A DNA stretch of 64,000 nt from Octopus vulgaris (GCA_951406725.2 OX597834.1:28272001-28336000); one strand, 5' to 3'; shown: positions 50,335 to 62,569, numbered from the stretch's first letter. Notes: generated by a model not told the origin, from the sequence alone. Made by a program: numbers and translations.

Positions 50335-50740
50335 ACCATCATCATCATTTAGCATTTGTTTTCCATGCTGGCATGGGTCAGGCAGTTTGACCAGAGCTGG
50401 CAAGCAAGAGAGCTGCACCAGGTTCCAGTCTGGTTTGGCCTGGTCCCTATGGCTGGATGCTCTTCCTAACACCGACCACTTTACAGTGAGCGTTGGGCAC
50501 TTTTTGTAATGCACCAGCATGGGTCATTTTATGTAGTGCCAGTACAGGCCCTTTTATATGGCACTAGCATGGATGTCAATACATGGGACTGGCACATATA
50601 CTATTACGTGGTGCTAGCACAGGTACTTTTTACGTAACACTGGCATAGGGCTCTGGCAGGCCAATCTTCTTCAATAGGGCAAGCGGCATTAACAGTTCTG
50701 CTGTGGAGGACGGGGTTTTCTTGAGTACAGCAAGATGCCT
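50335..50740 (-). mobile_element. Family D, old copy
   Basis: catcatcatttagcatttgttttccatgctggcatggg...ggctggatgctcttcctaacacc plus decayed subrepeats. Confidence 0.7.
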
Positions 50741-51127
50741 GCCAATATCAGATGCAATAAATTGTCATCCAAGCATGTAGTTGACTGTGAGTAGGCACCG
50801 TTGAAAAGGTCCCAAAAGGCCCCCTGGCCGCTGCTGGAATAGATTGTCATCTATCTATTTTTTAACAGCAGCAAATCTGAAAGAGATACTATATCAGAAC
50901 AAATACTTCTCTAACTGACCTATTTATGGTATATGTATACATTAAGTATGATACATAGATAGTTGTTTTAATTAAATAACGTTTCAATTGCAATTACTGG
51001 ATTTTTAATGCCAGTAAATATAAGGACAAACAGAGGTAAACATAAGAAAATGAAACTGTTTTAAGCATTGGTTCTTCAACTGGGTAGATGCACAAAAAAG
51101 GATAATTTAGGTAGGGATAACATTCAA

Positions 51128-51401
51128 ACCGACCAAAGCCTTGTGTGTGGAAACTGAAAGAAGCCTGTCGTATATATGTATGTGTGTGTGTATACATTTG
51201 TGTCTGTATTTGTCCCCCCCAACATCACTTGACAACCGATGCTGGTGTGTTTATGTCCCCGTAACTTAGTGGTTCAGCAAAAGGGACTGATAGAATAAGT
51301 ACTAGGCTTACAAAGAATAAGTCCTGGGGTCAATTTGCTCAACTAAAGGCGGTGCTCCAGCATGGCCACAGTCAAATGACTGAAACAAGTAAAAGAGTAA
51401 A
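51128..51401 (+). mobile_element. SINE B lacking head
   Basis: ccgaccaaagccttgtg...gaaacaagtaaaagagtaaa. Confidence 0.85.
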
Positions 51402-51934
51402 GATTTATATATATATATATATACATACATAAATATATTATACACATACACACTATATCAAACCGATTAAACAGTAGGATAGGCAAGGCTGGAACACTAT
51501 TGATGAAATGGTTCTGCTGTGGAGCAAGGGCTACCCATCTGAGGTTAAGCCATAACCAAAACAAGAAAATTTACATTTTTTTTTTTTTGCAGAGTAAATG
51601 AAGAGAGCAGAGGTCACACTAAAATGTCACACCAAAAAGTAGAACGATAGAAAGAATAACAAAAAAAAAAAAGGAAAACAAATGACAGAGCAGGGATGTT
51701 ATATGGAGTCTGTTCCTGAACAGCAAGAGTGTCTGGGTGAGAACCAACAAACACACACACACACAGGAGTAAGAGGAAAGAGTGGGACGATGGGGGGGGC
51801 ACTCTTCAGAGCAGTTGGTTACCAATTCCTTTCATATCACAGAAAGGCTTTGGAGTGGGAGAAGAAGAGGGAGGGGGTAGAGAGAAAATGATGTAGAGGA
51901 AACACTACTGAAATTTCCAAATGACCTTTCATAA

Positions 51935-52117
51935 ATGTGGTGATGGTGGTGGTAGTAGTAGTAGTGGTAGTGGTGGTAGTGGTGGTGGTGGTGGTAGTAG
52001 TAGTAGTAGTACATTTTAGTAGTAGTAGTAGTGGTGGTGGTGGTAGTAGTAGTAGTAGTGGTGGTGGTGGTAGTAGTAGTGGTGGTGGTGGTGGTAGTAG
52101 TAGTGGTGGTGGTGGTG

Positions 52118-52153
<36 letters not shown>

Positions 52154-52340
52154 CATTTTACTAGTAGTAGTTGTACCATTGGTGGTGGTAGTGGTGGTGG
52201 TGGTGGTGGTAGTAGTAGTAGTATTTTTACTAGTAGTAGTTGTACCATTGGTGGTGGTGGTGGTGGAGGTGGTTGTTTGTGTCAGTAGTAGTATAGGAAT
52301 AGTAATGTTAGTGATGGTGATGGTGGTGGTGGTGGTTTGG
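51935..52340. repeat. (GTA)n/(GTG)n compound microsatellite
   Basis: Direct inspection; includes a duplicated ttttactagtagtagttgtaccattggtgg. Confidence 0.95.
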
Positions 52341-52500
52341 GGATTAATATTTTCAACATCTGAGATTAAGATTCTTCTAAAAAAAATATGCTTAAGCTCT
52401 GAAAACAAATTCTTTGGTGAAACAAGTGAAAACTGACAAGTTACAGGATGGAATGAGGGTGACAAATCATACCACCCCATTTTATTATTATTATCCTTAA

Positions 52501-53002
52501 CTAGCAGTATCGCACGGCGTTGCTCGGGTTTGTAAGGGAAATAACTATATAAGCATTTTTAGAGAGTTACTTCCTTTATAGATGCCAATTCAGGCTTTCT
52601 TAGCCATTTCTGTTTTGGTGTCTTCAATCCATGAAGTCGTTGTTCTAAAAGAACGCTGGTCTCCTTGACAACGCTTTACAACGTTGATTTCCTTACACTC
52701 CCTTCCCCACAGCTACACGAGGGAGGGAAGAAGAGGGAGAAGCAAACACAGGTGCAGGTGTTTGAGCGTGGACGCCAACTCCGCCGCCATCGACAAACGA
52801 AAAATTATGCATTAAAATGGAATAAAAAAATGATGTTAAATTATTTTTAAAATCGTAAACTCATCGTAGACGCACGCTAATAGCCAGCCCAGGCTCGATA
52901 GTAGAAGACGACTTGCCCAAGATACCCGCAGTTGGACTGCACCGGAACCATGTGGTTGGTAGACAAGCAGACACCACACAACTACAGTTTTATATATATA
53001 GA
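52501..53002 (-). mobile_element. Non-autonomous Helitron
   Basis: Minus strand A|TCtatatatataaaac ... cccgagcaacgccgtg (imperfect subterminal hairpin) cgatactgCTAG|T: TC/CTAG ends between A and T, no TSD. Its 3'-terminal ~70 bp are shared with 59394-59777. Confidence 0.8.
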
Positions 53003-53026
53003 TATTCTTGACAAAATGGCATAATC

Positions 53027-53215
53027 GTTAGTACAACGGAGACAAAATGCTTAGTGACAATTCATTTGTTTTAACATTCCGAGTTCATAATCTGCCATTA
53101 TCAATAATTGCCTTTCATCCTTCCAGGATCGATAAAATAAGTAACAGATAAGCACTGGAGTTGATGTAATTGATAAACCCCCAAAATTTCAGGCCTTCAT
53201 CCAATAATAGTAAAA
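53027..53215 (+). mobile_element. SINE C2, old
   Basis: tggcataatcgttagtac...gcctttcatccttccaggatcgataaaataag...aaaatttcaggcctt. Confidence 0.7.
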
Positions 53216-53355
53216 ATTATTAATTATTATCATTATTATTATTATCATCATCATTATTACTATTATTATTCTAGAATCATAATCTAAGATGCTTGAAACA
53301 TACAGAACTGAAGAAATGGGCTTTTGGTGCCCAACATATCTGACTCTTCAGTATA

Positions 53356-53588
53356 TATTTCTTTACTACCCACAAGGGGCTAAACATAGAGGGGACAAAT
53401 AAGGACAGACAAACGGATTAAGCCAATTACATCGACCCCAGTGCGAAACCGGTACTTTATTTATCGACCCCGAAAGGATGAAAGGCAAATTCGACCTCGG
53501 CGGAATTTGAACTCAGAACGTAACGACAGACGAAATACCACAAAGCATTTCGCCAGGCGTGCTAATGTTTCTGCCAGCTTGCCGCCTT
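53356..53588 (-). mobile_element. SINE C1, full length with 17-bp TSD
   Basis: TSD tctgac(t/c)cttcagtata at 53339-53355 and 53589-53605. Confidence 0.92.
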
Positions 53589-53664
53589 TCTGACCCTTCA
53601 GTATAGAAACACCTTATAAACTAACAACACATTTGTTTTCCCAGTTTCATCTCTTAACTGAATG

Positions 53665-53697
<33 letters not shown>

Positions 53698-53699
<2 letters not shown>

Positions 53700-53860
53700 G
53701 TTGAAATTTACAGAAAACAAAAGGACGAAGACAGGTAAGGGAACAAACAGGTGTATTAGTTAGATGCTTGAGAAGAATGGAAAAATCTTTGACATTTTGA
53801 GCCTACGCTCTATGACGGAAAGGATTAAGAGAAAAATGGAGAGAGAAGAAAGAAAAAAAT
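53698..53860 (-). mobile_element. Penelope-like terminal fragment with decayed hammerhead (53786-53824)
   Basis: Minus: cttt ccgtcat a gagc-gtag-gctc aaaat gtc aaag; homologous to 24500-24708. Confidence 0.55.
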
Positions 53861-53889
53861 ATATGTATATATATGTGTGTGTGTATATA

Positions 53890-53926
<37 letters not shown>

Positions 53927-53928
<2 letters not shown>

Positions 53929-53978
53929 TCATCATCATCATCATCGTTTAGCGTCCGCTTTCCATGCTAGCATGGGTT
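53927..53978 (-). mobile_element. Family D minimal stub inside (TA)n
   Basis: (CAT)n cgtttagcgtccgctttccatgctagcatgggtt|atata. Confidence 0.8.
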
Positions 53979-54187
53979 ATATATATATAGTTTTTCTAAT
54001 GCTCGTTGCTTAGTTTTTCTTGGAGGGCTGGCCGTGATCTAGTAATCTCAAGATTAATCAGCCGAAATTACTACGATGATCCGGTTCTTGACTGAAGACT
54101 GAGGGTTTCGAATGTCCTGTCCGTGTTTATTGTATCGTCTTCTAAGAGTTATACGTTCTTGTCCATTGTTGTATTTTTCTACATACC

Positions 54188-54235
<48 letters not shown>

Positions 54236-55078
54236 ATAACAAAGGGTAAAATTAATTAATTAAGAAGTAATCAGTAATTTCACCAAGTAGAATTCGGTAG
54301 GAAAAAAGGACCATTTCACAGTAAACTTAAGTAATACTTAATAATTAGGGTTCAGCAAAGATTTGCTTTACCACCGAAGTTTAGAAATAGCAACCAAAAA
54401 ATATTAGCTATTTCTTCTACTTTAAAAAGGTATAAGTTAGACCAAGTACCAAGGTTTAAAAAAAATGAATCCCAGAGTTGATTCGTTTGACTAAAAGTTC
54501 TTCAAGGCAGTAACCCCAACATGGCCACAGTCTAATGACAGAAACAAGTAAAAGATAGATACATACATACATACATACACACACATCAAATAATTATTGC
54601 TTCTAACTAATTAATCATATATTCTTTACTGCAGCCTTTTTAAACATTCTGGATCTCAGTCCCACAGAGGTCACATGCCTCCATTCAGGTTAGGAAGTGC
54701 AAATATAAAGTAATGATAGTCAAGAACGACATGTCCACTGATCATAATAGATCTTGCTCAATTAGGGCAAGCCTAGGGCTAAACAACAACAACAATGAAA
54801 CAACATATAGATAAAAACAAATAAATGGAAAACCAATCAGGTCAAAGTGACCTGCAAACAAAACAGAACTATCAGCACGCGGTTATCCAGAAATACACTG
54901 CCGCTACTTTGGACTTTAATAATCAATCACAAAATCATCTGGTTGGCTTGCTGGTTGGTTGGTTGATAGAAATCAATAATAGAGTTTCTAATTGAATAGA
55001 CAATATTGCAGTAGAAAGTAGGGTAATATATATATATATGTATGTATATATAAACATATACATACCTATAAATATACC

Positions 55079-55104
<26 letters not shown>

Positions 55105-55116
<12 letters not shown>

Positions 55117-55510
55117 CCAATATATCTCTTTACTCTCTTTTACTCGTTTCAGTCATTTGACTGCGGTCATGCTGGAGCACCGCCTTTAGTCGAGCAAACC
55201 CCGGGACTTATTCTTTGTAAGCCCAGTACTTATTTTATCGGTCTCTTTTTGCCGAACCGCTAAGTGACGGGGATGTAAATACACCAGCATCAGTTGTCAA
55301 GCAATGCTAGGGGGACAACACAGACACACACACATACATATATTTACGACAGGCTTCTTTCAGTTTCCGTCTACCAAATCCACTCACAAGGCATTGGTCG
55401 ACCCGGAGCTATAGCAGAAGACACTTGCCCAAGATGTCACGCAGTGGGACTGAACCCGGAACCATGTGGTTGGTTAGCAAGCTACTTACCACACAGCCAC
55501 TCCTGCGCCT

Positions 55511-55511
<1 letters not shown>
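55105..55511 (-). mobile_element. SINE B, full length
   Basis: Ends ...cacacagccactcctgcgcct; tail ctctttactctcttttac. Confidence 0.92.
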
Positions 55512-55556
<45 letters not shown>

Positions 55557-55703
55557 GTACACATATACATATCTATATACACACATACACACACATAATC
55601 TTGATTTTTATTGACAGGAGTTACAAAGTGACTCAGTAGTCTCAAGTTTCGTAATCGATAAAGTCTGTGCAGAAACTTATTGGGCCTCGTGTCCCTTTGT
55701 CAC

Positions 55704-55850
55704 TTCATCATCATCGTTTTAACATCCACCTTCCATGCTGGCATGGATGGAATGGTTTCACAAGAGCCAGCCAGACAGAAGCCTGCACCAGACTTCTGTG
55801 ATTGTTTTGGCAGGAGTTTTACAGCAGGATGCCCCTCCTAACACCGATAA
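55704..55850 (-). mobile_element. Family D, old 3' fragment
   Basis: catcatcatcgttttaacatccaccttccatgctggcatgg...ggatgccctcctaacacc. Confidence 0.7.
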
Positions 55851-55881
55851 CTCACCAGTTAAATACAATATTAATATACAT

Positions 55882-56039
55882 ATGGCTGTGTGGTAAGTAG
55901 CTTGCTTACCAACCACATGGTTCTGGGTTCAGTCCCACTGCATGGCACCTTGGGCAAGTGTCTTCTACTATAGCTTGGTGCTGACCAAAGCCTTGTGAGT
56001 GGATTTGGTAGACAGAAACTGAAAGAAGCCTGTCGTATA

Positions 56040-56086
<47 letters not shown>

Positions 56087-56335
56087 CTACACTCACAGAG
56101 TGGTTGGCGTTAGGAAGGGCATCCAGCCGTAGAAACACTGCCAAATCTGACTGGGCCTGATGAAGCCTTCCGGCTTCACAGACCCCAGTTAAACCGTCCA
56201 ACCCATGCTAGCATGGAAAACGGACGCTAAATGATGATGATGATGATATGTATGTGTGTGTGTGTATATATGTTTGTGTGTCTGTGTTTGTCCCCACCAA
56301 CATCACTTGACAACCGATGCTGGTGTGTTTATGTC
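55882..56335 (+). mobile_element. SINE B with nested family D (56085-56246, +) in its internal (TA)n
   Basis: B head to 56040, (TA)n, D 3' end with (GAT)n, then B resumes tgtgtctgtgtttgtcccc. Confidence 0.88.
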
Positions 56336-57237
56336 TCACAAAGGTAATAATACAGTATTTGGTGTTCTAACGAGACATCCATGTTACTCTGGGTAAAACA
56401 AAATTTTTCACCTCCAGAAAATCGTAATTTCCATATTTTTAAAAGTGGGATCTTTCCCTTCCCCCTTTCCATACATTCTCTAATATACACCATTCCACTC
56501 TTAAAAGACTAAAATGCGTGATGAGAGAAATTTAGTAGTTGTTTCTAGCAACCCAAGAAACTCCACAGAGGCCAGCTTGGGAAAGCGTGCAAAGTTTTGT
56601 TGTTGGCCTTTTTTAATTATAGGCTTGTGCGGAGGAAGGGGGCTGTGTCCTAGATGGAACAATATATAGCGTTTCTGGATCCAAAATACCTCTGCTCTTG
56701 ACAAGCACAACGAAAAATTACATCAGATGGTAATCAGACTCACGCACACTGGAATTCTTGGTAAATATAATTCTGAGGTTATGGAATTCGGTGTGTGTGA
56801 GTATATGTGTGTGACGGAATTTCGTTGGCCGTTCATAACTCAAAAGAAATTCTTCAAAAAGAATACCAACCATCCAAATAATGATAAATAAAAGTAAAAA
56901 TAAAACAGCTTTCTGACTTATTATTATTATTAAACAAAGAAAAAATATTTAATAGTAAAAATACACACACATAAATTAAAAAGAATAAACAGCAACATCT
57001 GATGTAAAAAAAAAAAAAAAAAAAGGGAAAAAATAGTAAATGTTTCAAGAATGGTTTGTATTCATGTTGCAGATAATTCCAGACAGAATGAGAGATTTAT
57101 GGCGAAGTGGCAGTGGTAGTGGCAGCAGTAACCATCGTAAAACTTTAAATTCCTGCAAACACTTTATAACCACTTACGAAGGCTAGATGATCGAAACTTC
57201 GATTCCACTGTCACAAGTCTTCAACTAAAAAAAAGTA

Positions 57238-57633
57238 TAGGCGCAGGAGTGGCTGTGTGGTAAGTAGCTTGCTAACCAACCACATGGTTCCGGGTTCGGT
57301 CCCACTGCGTGGCATCTTGGGCAAGTGTCTTCTGCTATAGCCCCGGGCCGTCCAATGCCTTGTGAGTGAATTTGGTAGGCGGAAACTGAAAGAAGCCTGT
57401 CGTATGCGTGTGTGTGTTTGTGTGTCTGTGTTTGTCCCCCTAGCATTGCTTGACAACTGATGCTGGTGTGTTTACGTCCCCGTCACTTAGCGGTTCGGCA
57501 AAAGAGACCGATAGAATAAGTACTGGGCTTACAAAGAGTAAGTCCCGGGGTCGATTTGCTCGACTAAAAAAAGGCGGTGCTCCAGCATGGCCGCAGTCAA
57601 TTGACTGAAACAAGTAAAAGAGTAAAAGAGTAG
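57238..57633 (+). mobile_element. SINE B, full length and young (reference copy)
   Basis: aggcgcaggagTGGCTGTGTGG...GGTTCGGTCCC boxes, CORE-like catcttgggcaagtg, CpGs intact, (agtaaaag)n tail. Confidence 0.95.
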
Positions 57634-57722
57634 AGTACGTACTCCACGAAAAAAAATTTTGAATAATTCTTCAGTTTAATGTTAAATTGTTCTTATTTTA
57701 ACTCGACATAAACATTAATATA

Positions 57723-57973
57723 CAGGCGTGGCTGTGTGGTAAGAAACTTACTTCCCAACCACATGGTTCTGAGTTCAGTCCCACTGCGTAGCACCTTGGC
57801 CAAGTGTCTTCTACCATAGCCTCGGGCCGACCAAAGCCTTGTGAGTGGATTTGGTAGACGGAAACTAAAAGTAGCCCGTCGTATACTGGGGTCGGTTCAT
57901 TCGACTAACATTCTCCAAGGTGGTGCCCCATCTTGGCCGCAATCTAATGACTGAAACTAGTAAATGGTAAAAA
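57723..57973 (+). mobile_element. SINE B, internally deleted
   Basis: Head to gcccgtcgtata joined directly to ctggggtc...tgactgaaac tail. Confidence 0.8.
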
Positions 57974-58012
57974 GTGTGTGTGTGTGTGTGTGTGTGTTTA
58001 CTTAGCACATCA

Positions 58013-58400
58013 GTGGAGGCGCAATGGCCCAGTGGTTAGGGCAGCGGACTCGCAGTCATAGGATTGCGGTTTCGATTCCCAGACCGGGCGTTGTGAGTGT
58101 TTATTGAGCGAAAACACCTAAAGCTCCACGAGGCTCCGGCAGGGGATGGTGGTGATCCCTGCTGTACTCTTTCACCACAACTTTCTCTCACTCTTACTTC
58201 CTGTTTCTGTTGTACCTGTATTTCAAAGGGCCGGCCTTGTCACTCTCTGTGTCACGCTGAATATCCCCGAGAACTACGTTAAGGGTACACGTGTCTGTGG
58301 AGTGCTCAGCCACTTACACGTTAATTTCACGAGCAGGCTGTTCCGTTGATTCAGATCAACCGGAACCCTCGTCGTCGTAACCGACGGAGTGCTTCCATCC
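58013..58400 (+). mobile_element. SINE A, full length with 12-bp TSD
   Basis: TSD acttagc(a/g)catc at 58000-58011 and 58401-58412. Confidence 0.95.
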
Positions 58401-58629
58401 ACTTAGCGCATCTGTACGCAGGTACGAGCGATGCAAGGGGCAAGCGTTATTGATGGTTTGTGACAGCGAGTACCCTGCATTTAGTCCTTCAAATTTTACG
58501 TTCCCAATCATCATCATCATCATCGTATATCACTATATAGATTTATATATGCGTGTGCACATGCACACACACACACGTATAGCGTGTACTGCATCTTGTA
58601 TAGAGTGGGAGTTTGGTAAGTGCTACGGA

Positions 58630-59043
58630 GGATCTTTTCGGTTTGAACGGCAGTTTTTAACATAATTTCTAGGTAACTAAAAATTTTAAAACTTTGTATA
58701 CTGGTAGAATGTGTTTATAAAACATCTTTTTCTCTTGGCTTTATTGAGAAAATTCTATAGTTTGTAAGATATTTGTTGTCTTTTTCTTCAATTTTTGCAA
58801 TTTTAACCAATCAATGACGTCTATTGAGGTAAAAAAAAAACATTCTGTGCCGTTTGAATATGTCCCTCGTTTAAGAAACAGATTGGGTTTATTAGCATTT
58901 CTGAAGAAAAAAAAGATACTCTTCCTCCCAACCCTAACCCTAAAACATTGAAATGCAATAGATAGATTCTAGGGTCATAATTATGGGTGACAATTTCATA
59001 TGACACCGCTAGAAAAAAACTGCCGTTCAAACCGAAAAGATCC
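58630..59043. mobile_element. MITE with GG...CC TIRs and 8-bp TSD (Merlin-like)
   Basis: TIR ggatcttttcggtttgaacggcagttttt; TSD gctacgga at 58622-58629 and 59044-59051. Confidence 0.88.
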
Positions 59044-59082
59044 GCTACGGACGAAACTCACGGCTTTTGAATCACTTATGAA

Positions 59083-59221
59083 ACAGATTGAAATGCAATA
59101 GATCGATTCTAGGGTCATAATTATGGGTGACAATTTCATATGACACCGATAGAAAAAACTGCCGTTCAAACCGAAAAGATCCGCTACGGACGAAACTCAC
59201 GGCTTTTGAATCACTTATGAA
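59083..59221. repeat. Tandem duplicate of the MITE right end plus 39 bp of flank
   Basis: attgaaatgcaatagat...aaagatcc gctacggacgaaactcacggcttttgaatcacttatgaa occurs twice, period ~139. Confidence 0.9.
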
Positions 59222-59393
59222 CTATTAAAGTGTGTCTGTGTGTGTGTGTGTGGGGTTAATTTGAAGTATACACACATTTTATTAGATGTATAAATATCTA
59301 AAGATGCAGTGCTGGGGACTCACATGGAGAATCTACTCATCTAATCTAACAGGCCTTCTCTCTATCTCTCTTTCTGGCCCTTATAGCAACCAA

Positions 59394-59777
59394 CTAACAG
59401 TATCGCCCGGCGTTGCTCAGGTTTGTAAGGGAAATAACTATAAAGCATTTTTAGAGAGTTATAGCCAAAAATATAGCAAAAAAATGGAAAAAAATGGTAA
59501 ATTTTTTTTGAGAGTTAAAAAAGGTCGAGTTGCGTCCCCTAGACAGTCTGTGGTTTGTGTTTCTGATTCTCGACCCCATGTCGAATTTATCGATTTTTTT
59601 CAGAACTGGGTGAACTTTTCAAAATTTTCGCTGCGTTAGTTTTGAATTATGACATTGGGCTATGTGTGTGTGTCAAGTTTCATCAGAATCGGTTGAAAGC
59701 CGTGGTCAGGGTGAGGGTACAACCAAACAGACACACAGACACACACACAGACAAACTGCCGTTTATATAGAGAGAGA
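59394..59777 (-). mobile_element. Non-autonomous Helitron, second subfamily
   Basis: Minus A|TCtctctctatataaacggcag ... cctgagcaacgccgggcgatactgTTAG|T. Confidence 0.75.
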
Positions 59778-60015
59778 TATGGGAGGTCCATCTGTCAGTT
59801 TGCTCTCTCCTGAAGCACGCCAAGTTTTTATAATAACAACATAAGTATTTGGAACAAGATCTGAGATAGCTCAGCTTTTAACAAACCAGTCCAAAGAGGA
59901 ACGGGGAAATTGTTAATAAGGAAAAAAAACTGGCCTAAGAAGCATCACTGCGAATTAATAAACGATAATTCTTTTAAAGTTTTCTGCTATTATTTCTTAA
60001 AATATTTCATCAACG

Positions 60016-60451
60016 GGCGATCTTTCGTCTCTAGTAGACCTTTCCGTCGATTTCCGTAAAAAAAATTTTTTTTTTACATATGGGCTTGCGGGAACTTTTG
60101 AAGTAATATACATACATATACACATACACCGAGTAAAAAATTTCAGTTATCTCTCTCTTTCACACATTACTCTGTCTCTTCACACACACTAACAGAAGCA
60201 CTTCACTTACACAACATACTGTCTGTCTCCCACACCCCATCAAACAAACACACACACACACACACACAGACGTACATCAATGCTTCCCCTGGACGGTAAC
60301 TTCAAAAGAACTTCCCTCGTCATACAATCGCTTTCTCTTAGTCTCTTTCGCTCTCATTACTTCAAAAGTTCCCGCAAGCCCATATGTAAAAAAAAAAAAA
60401 AATTTTTTTACGGAAATCGACGGAAAGGTCTACTAGAGACGAAAGATTGCC
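60016..60451. mobile_element. MITE with ~90-bp TIRs, GG...CC ends and 8-bp TSD
   Basis: ggcgatctttcgtctctagtagacc...gaagtaat / attacttc...gaaagattgcc; TSD catcaacg at 60008-60015 and 60452-60459. Confidence 0.9.
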
Positions 60452-60785
60452 CATCAACGGAGAAAGGGGTTGTTGGTTCCCAGTACTGAAAACAAGGGTT
60501 TTTAGCGTTGGAAATTCGACATCAGCGAAATTTTAAAACATAAACAATGAATAGAAGAGAAGTAATTAATTAAAAAAAAATAATAAAACAGCCATATTTA
60601 GCGCCAAACTTATCACATGATCAGTATAAACAAGTAATAGTACGAGGATAGAAGACTGTATAGTGTGTGTGCGCGTGCGATTGCATAGGAGATATCTCCC
60701 GCCATAAATTTTTCTCCGTTCGCTACATTGGATCAGTTGCGTATCTGCGTGTAAATATCCCATTCTACTCATAGCAACGATTATA

Positions 60786-60948
60786 CCTATTTCTTTATTA
60801 CCCACAAGGGGCTAAATATAGAGGGGACAAACAAGGACAGACATAGGTTATTAAGTCGATTACATCGACCCCAGTGCGTGACTGGTACTTAATTTATCGA
60901 CCCCCGAAAGGATGAAAGGCAAAGTCGACCTCGGCGGAATTTGAACTC
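60786..60948 (-). mobile_element. SINE C1, 5'-truncated
   Basis: cctatttctttattacccacaagggg...ggcggaatttgaactc. Confidence 0.88.
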
Positions 60949-61135
60949 GTGTACATGTCTATGCATGCACGATACTGGAACAGTACATTGTGTGTGTGTA
61001 TGTGTGTGTGCTAAGTGCCAATACACGAAACTCTCGGTCCTTGAGTCACTCTAATATTTATTTGTCAATTAATAACAAAAATGTAGATACTCGTATCTTG
61101 AGTTCCATTTTCCTATGTGTGAGTGCGCACGTGTG

Positions 61136-61210
<75 letters not shown>

Positions 61211-61260
61211 ATAAAAAAATACAAACTGGGATATATATACGTGCGCACTCAAATATATAA

Positions 61261-61476
61261 GGTACTACTTGAGAACAGTAGTCCCGGTGCGCGCACTCGC
61301 GTACTCACGCATCCGCGCTAGCTAGTCATGACTAGTCGATCCTTTGTGTTTTTGTGCTATTTACTTTGTGTAAAAAATGTGTTTTATTTACTTTGCTAAG
61401 TAGAATCGACTAGTCACGACTAGCTAGCGCGACTGTGCGAGTGCGCGCACCGGGACCACTGTTTTCAAGTAGTACC
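61261..61476. mobile_element. CpG-rich MITE with ~75-bp TIRs starting GGTACTAC
   Basis: ggtactacttgagaacagtagtcccggtgcgcgcactcgc...gactagtcgat / atcgactagtc...caagtagtacc; atatataa on the left and again 6 nt right of the end. Confidence 0.8.
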
Positions 61477-62150
61477 GTACCCATATATAAATAAATACAT
61501 AACGCTCTGCTCTCAGTACAATTTTATATATATATATATAAACGCATGCTGAGAGCAGAGTAAAGTGTGTACTAGTGAGCTTACTACACACACTAATACC
61601 AACAACAACCACAAATAAGAAAACGATAACAATGCGGTGATGAAAGACTGTTTTTTTTTTCTTTTTTTTTTTCCTTTCTTTGCATTACAAAATGATTCAT
61701 TCTTCCCTTGACCCATTTTAACAGACGAAGGAGAAGAATGAAGATGATAAAAGATACGAGAAAGATGATAGTTTGAGTTGAAAACAAATACATACCGTTT
61801 ATTATTATTACTATTATTATTTTCCCTACAACACTACCGAATGACTTGAACAAATAATCGAATATAAGGAGAGAGAGAGAAAAAATTTTTAAAGGGGAAG
61901 GTTGGTAGCAGTTATTTAGCCGTAACTACAGTTTGAGGCCCCATCATAGACTGGTACTTCAAAGTGCATATCTTTTAATGAAATCTTGCAGAGATACGCT
62001 TTCGATAATTTACAGTTACAATATACTAATTTACTCTTCTTTTTTTCTAGATTCAGTCACTAGATTGTGACTATGCTGGGACGCCGTTCTGTAGGGTTTC
62101 GTAGAAGAAAATGACCCCAGTAACTTATTTTAAATTTGGTGCATATTATA

Positions 62151-62558
62151 CCCATTTCTTTATTACCCACAAGGGGCTAAACATAGAAGGGACAAACAAA
62201 GACAGACATAGGTATTAAGTCGATTACATCAACCCCAGTGCGTAACTGGTACTTAATTTATCGACCCCGAAAGGATGAAAGGCAAAGTTGACCTCGGCGG
62301 AATTTGAACTCAGAACGCAACGGCAGACGCAATACCTATTTCTTTATTACCCACAAGGAGCTAAACATAGAAGGGACAAACAAGGACAGACATAGGTATT
62401 AAGTCGATTACATCGACCCCAGTGCGTAACTGGTACTTAATTTATCGACCCCGAAAGGATGAAAGGTAAAGTCGACCTCGGCGGAATTTGAACTCACAAC
62501 GTAACGGCAGACGAAATACCGCTAAGCATTTCGCCCGGCGTGCTAACGATTCTGCCAG
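62151..62558 (-). mobile_element. SINE C1 with duplicated body (head + 2 bodies)
   Basis: ~185-bp body repeated; junction aatac|ctatttc at ~62335. Confidence 0.9.
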
Positions 62559-62569
62559 ATACCGGATCT

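Noticed and set aside
56340-56850. Possible DNA element truncating SINE B
   Set aside because: No TIRs, TSD or second copy found in the window; left unclassified.
58013-58090. tRNA gene (A and B boxes present)
   Set aside because: No complete cloverleaf or acceptor stem; it continues into a SINE body with tail and TSD.
58097-58349. Repeated ORFs MVVIPAVLF.../MFIERK... (also at 1585-1837)
   Set aside because: They lie inside SINE A copies; recurrence reflects SINE identity, not a gene family.
58929-58943. Telomeric (CCCTAA)n
   Set aside because: Only about two units, internal to a MITE and also present in its sibling at ~63447-63458.
61504-61561. 15-bp hairpin gctctgctctcag...ctgagagcagag as a pre-miRNA
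   Set aside because: The stem is too short and the loop is a (TA)n tract; no further support.
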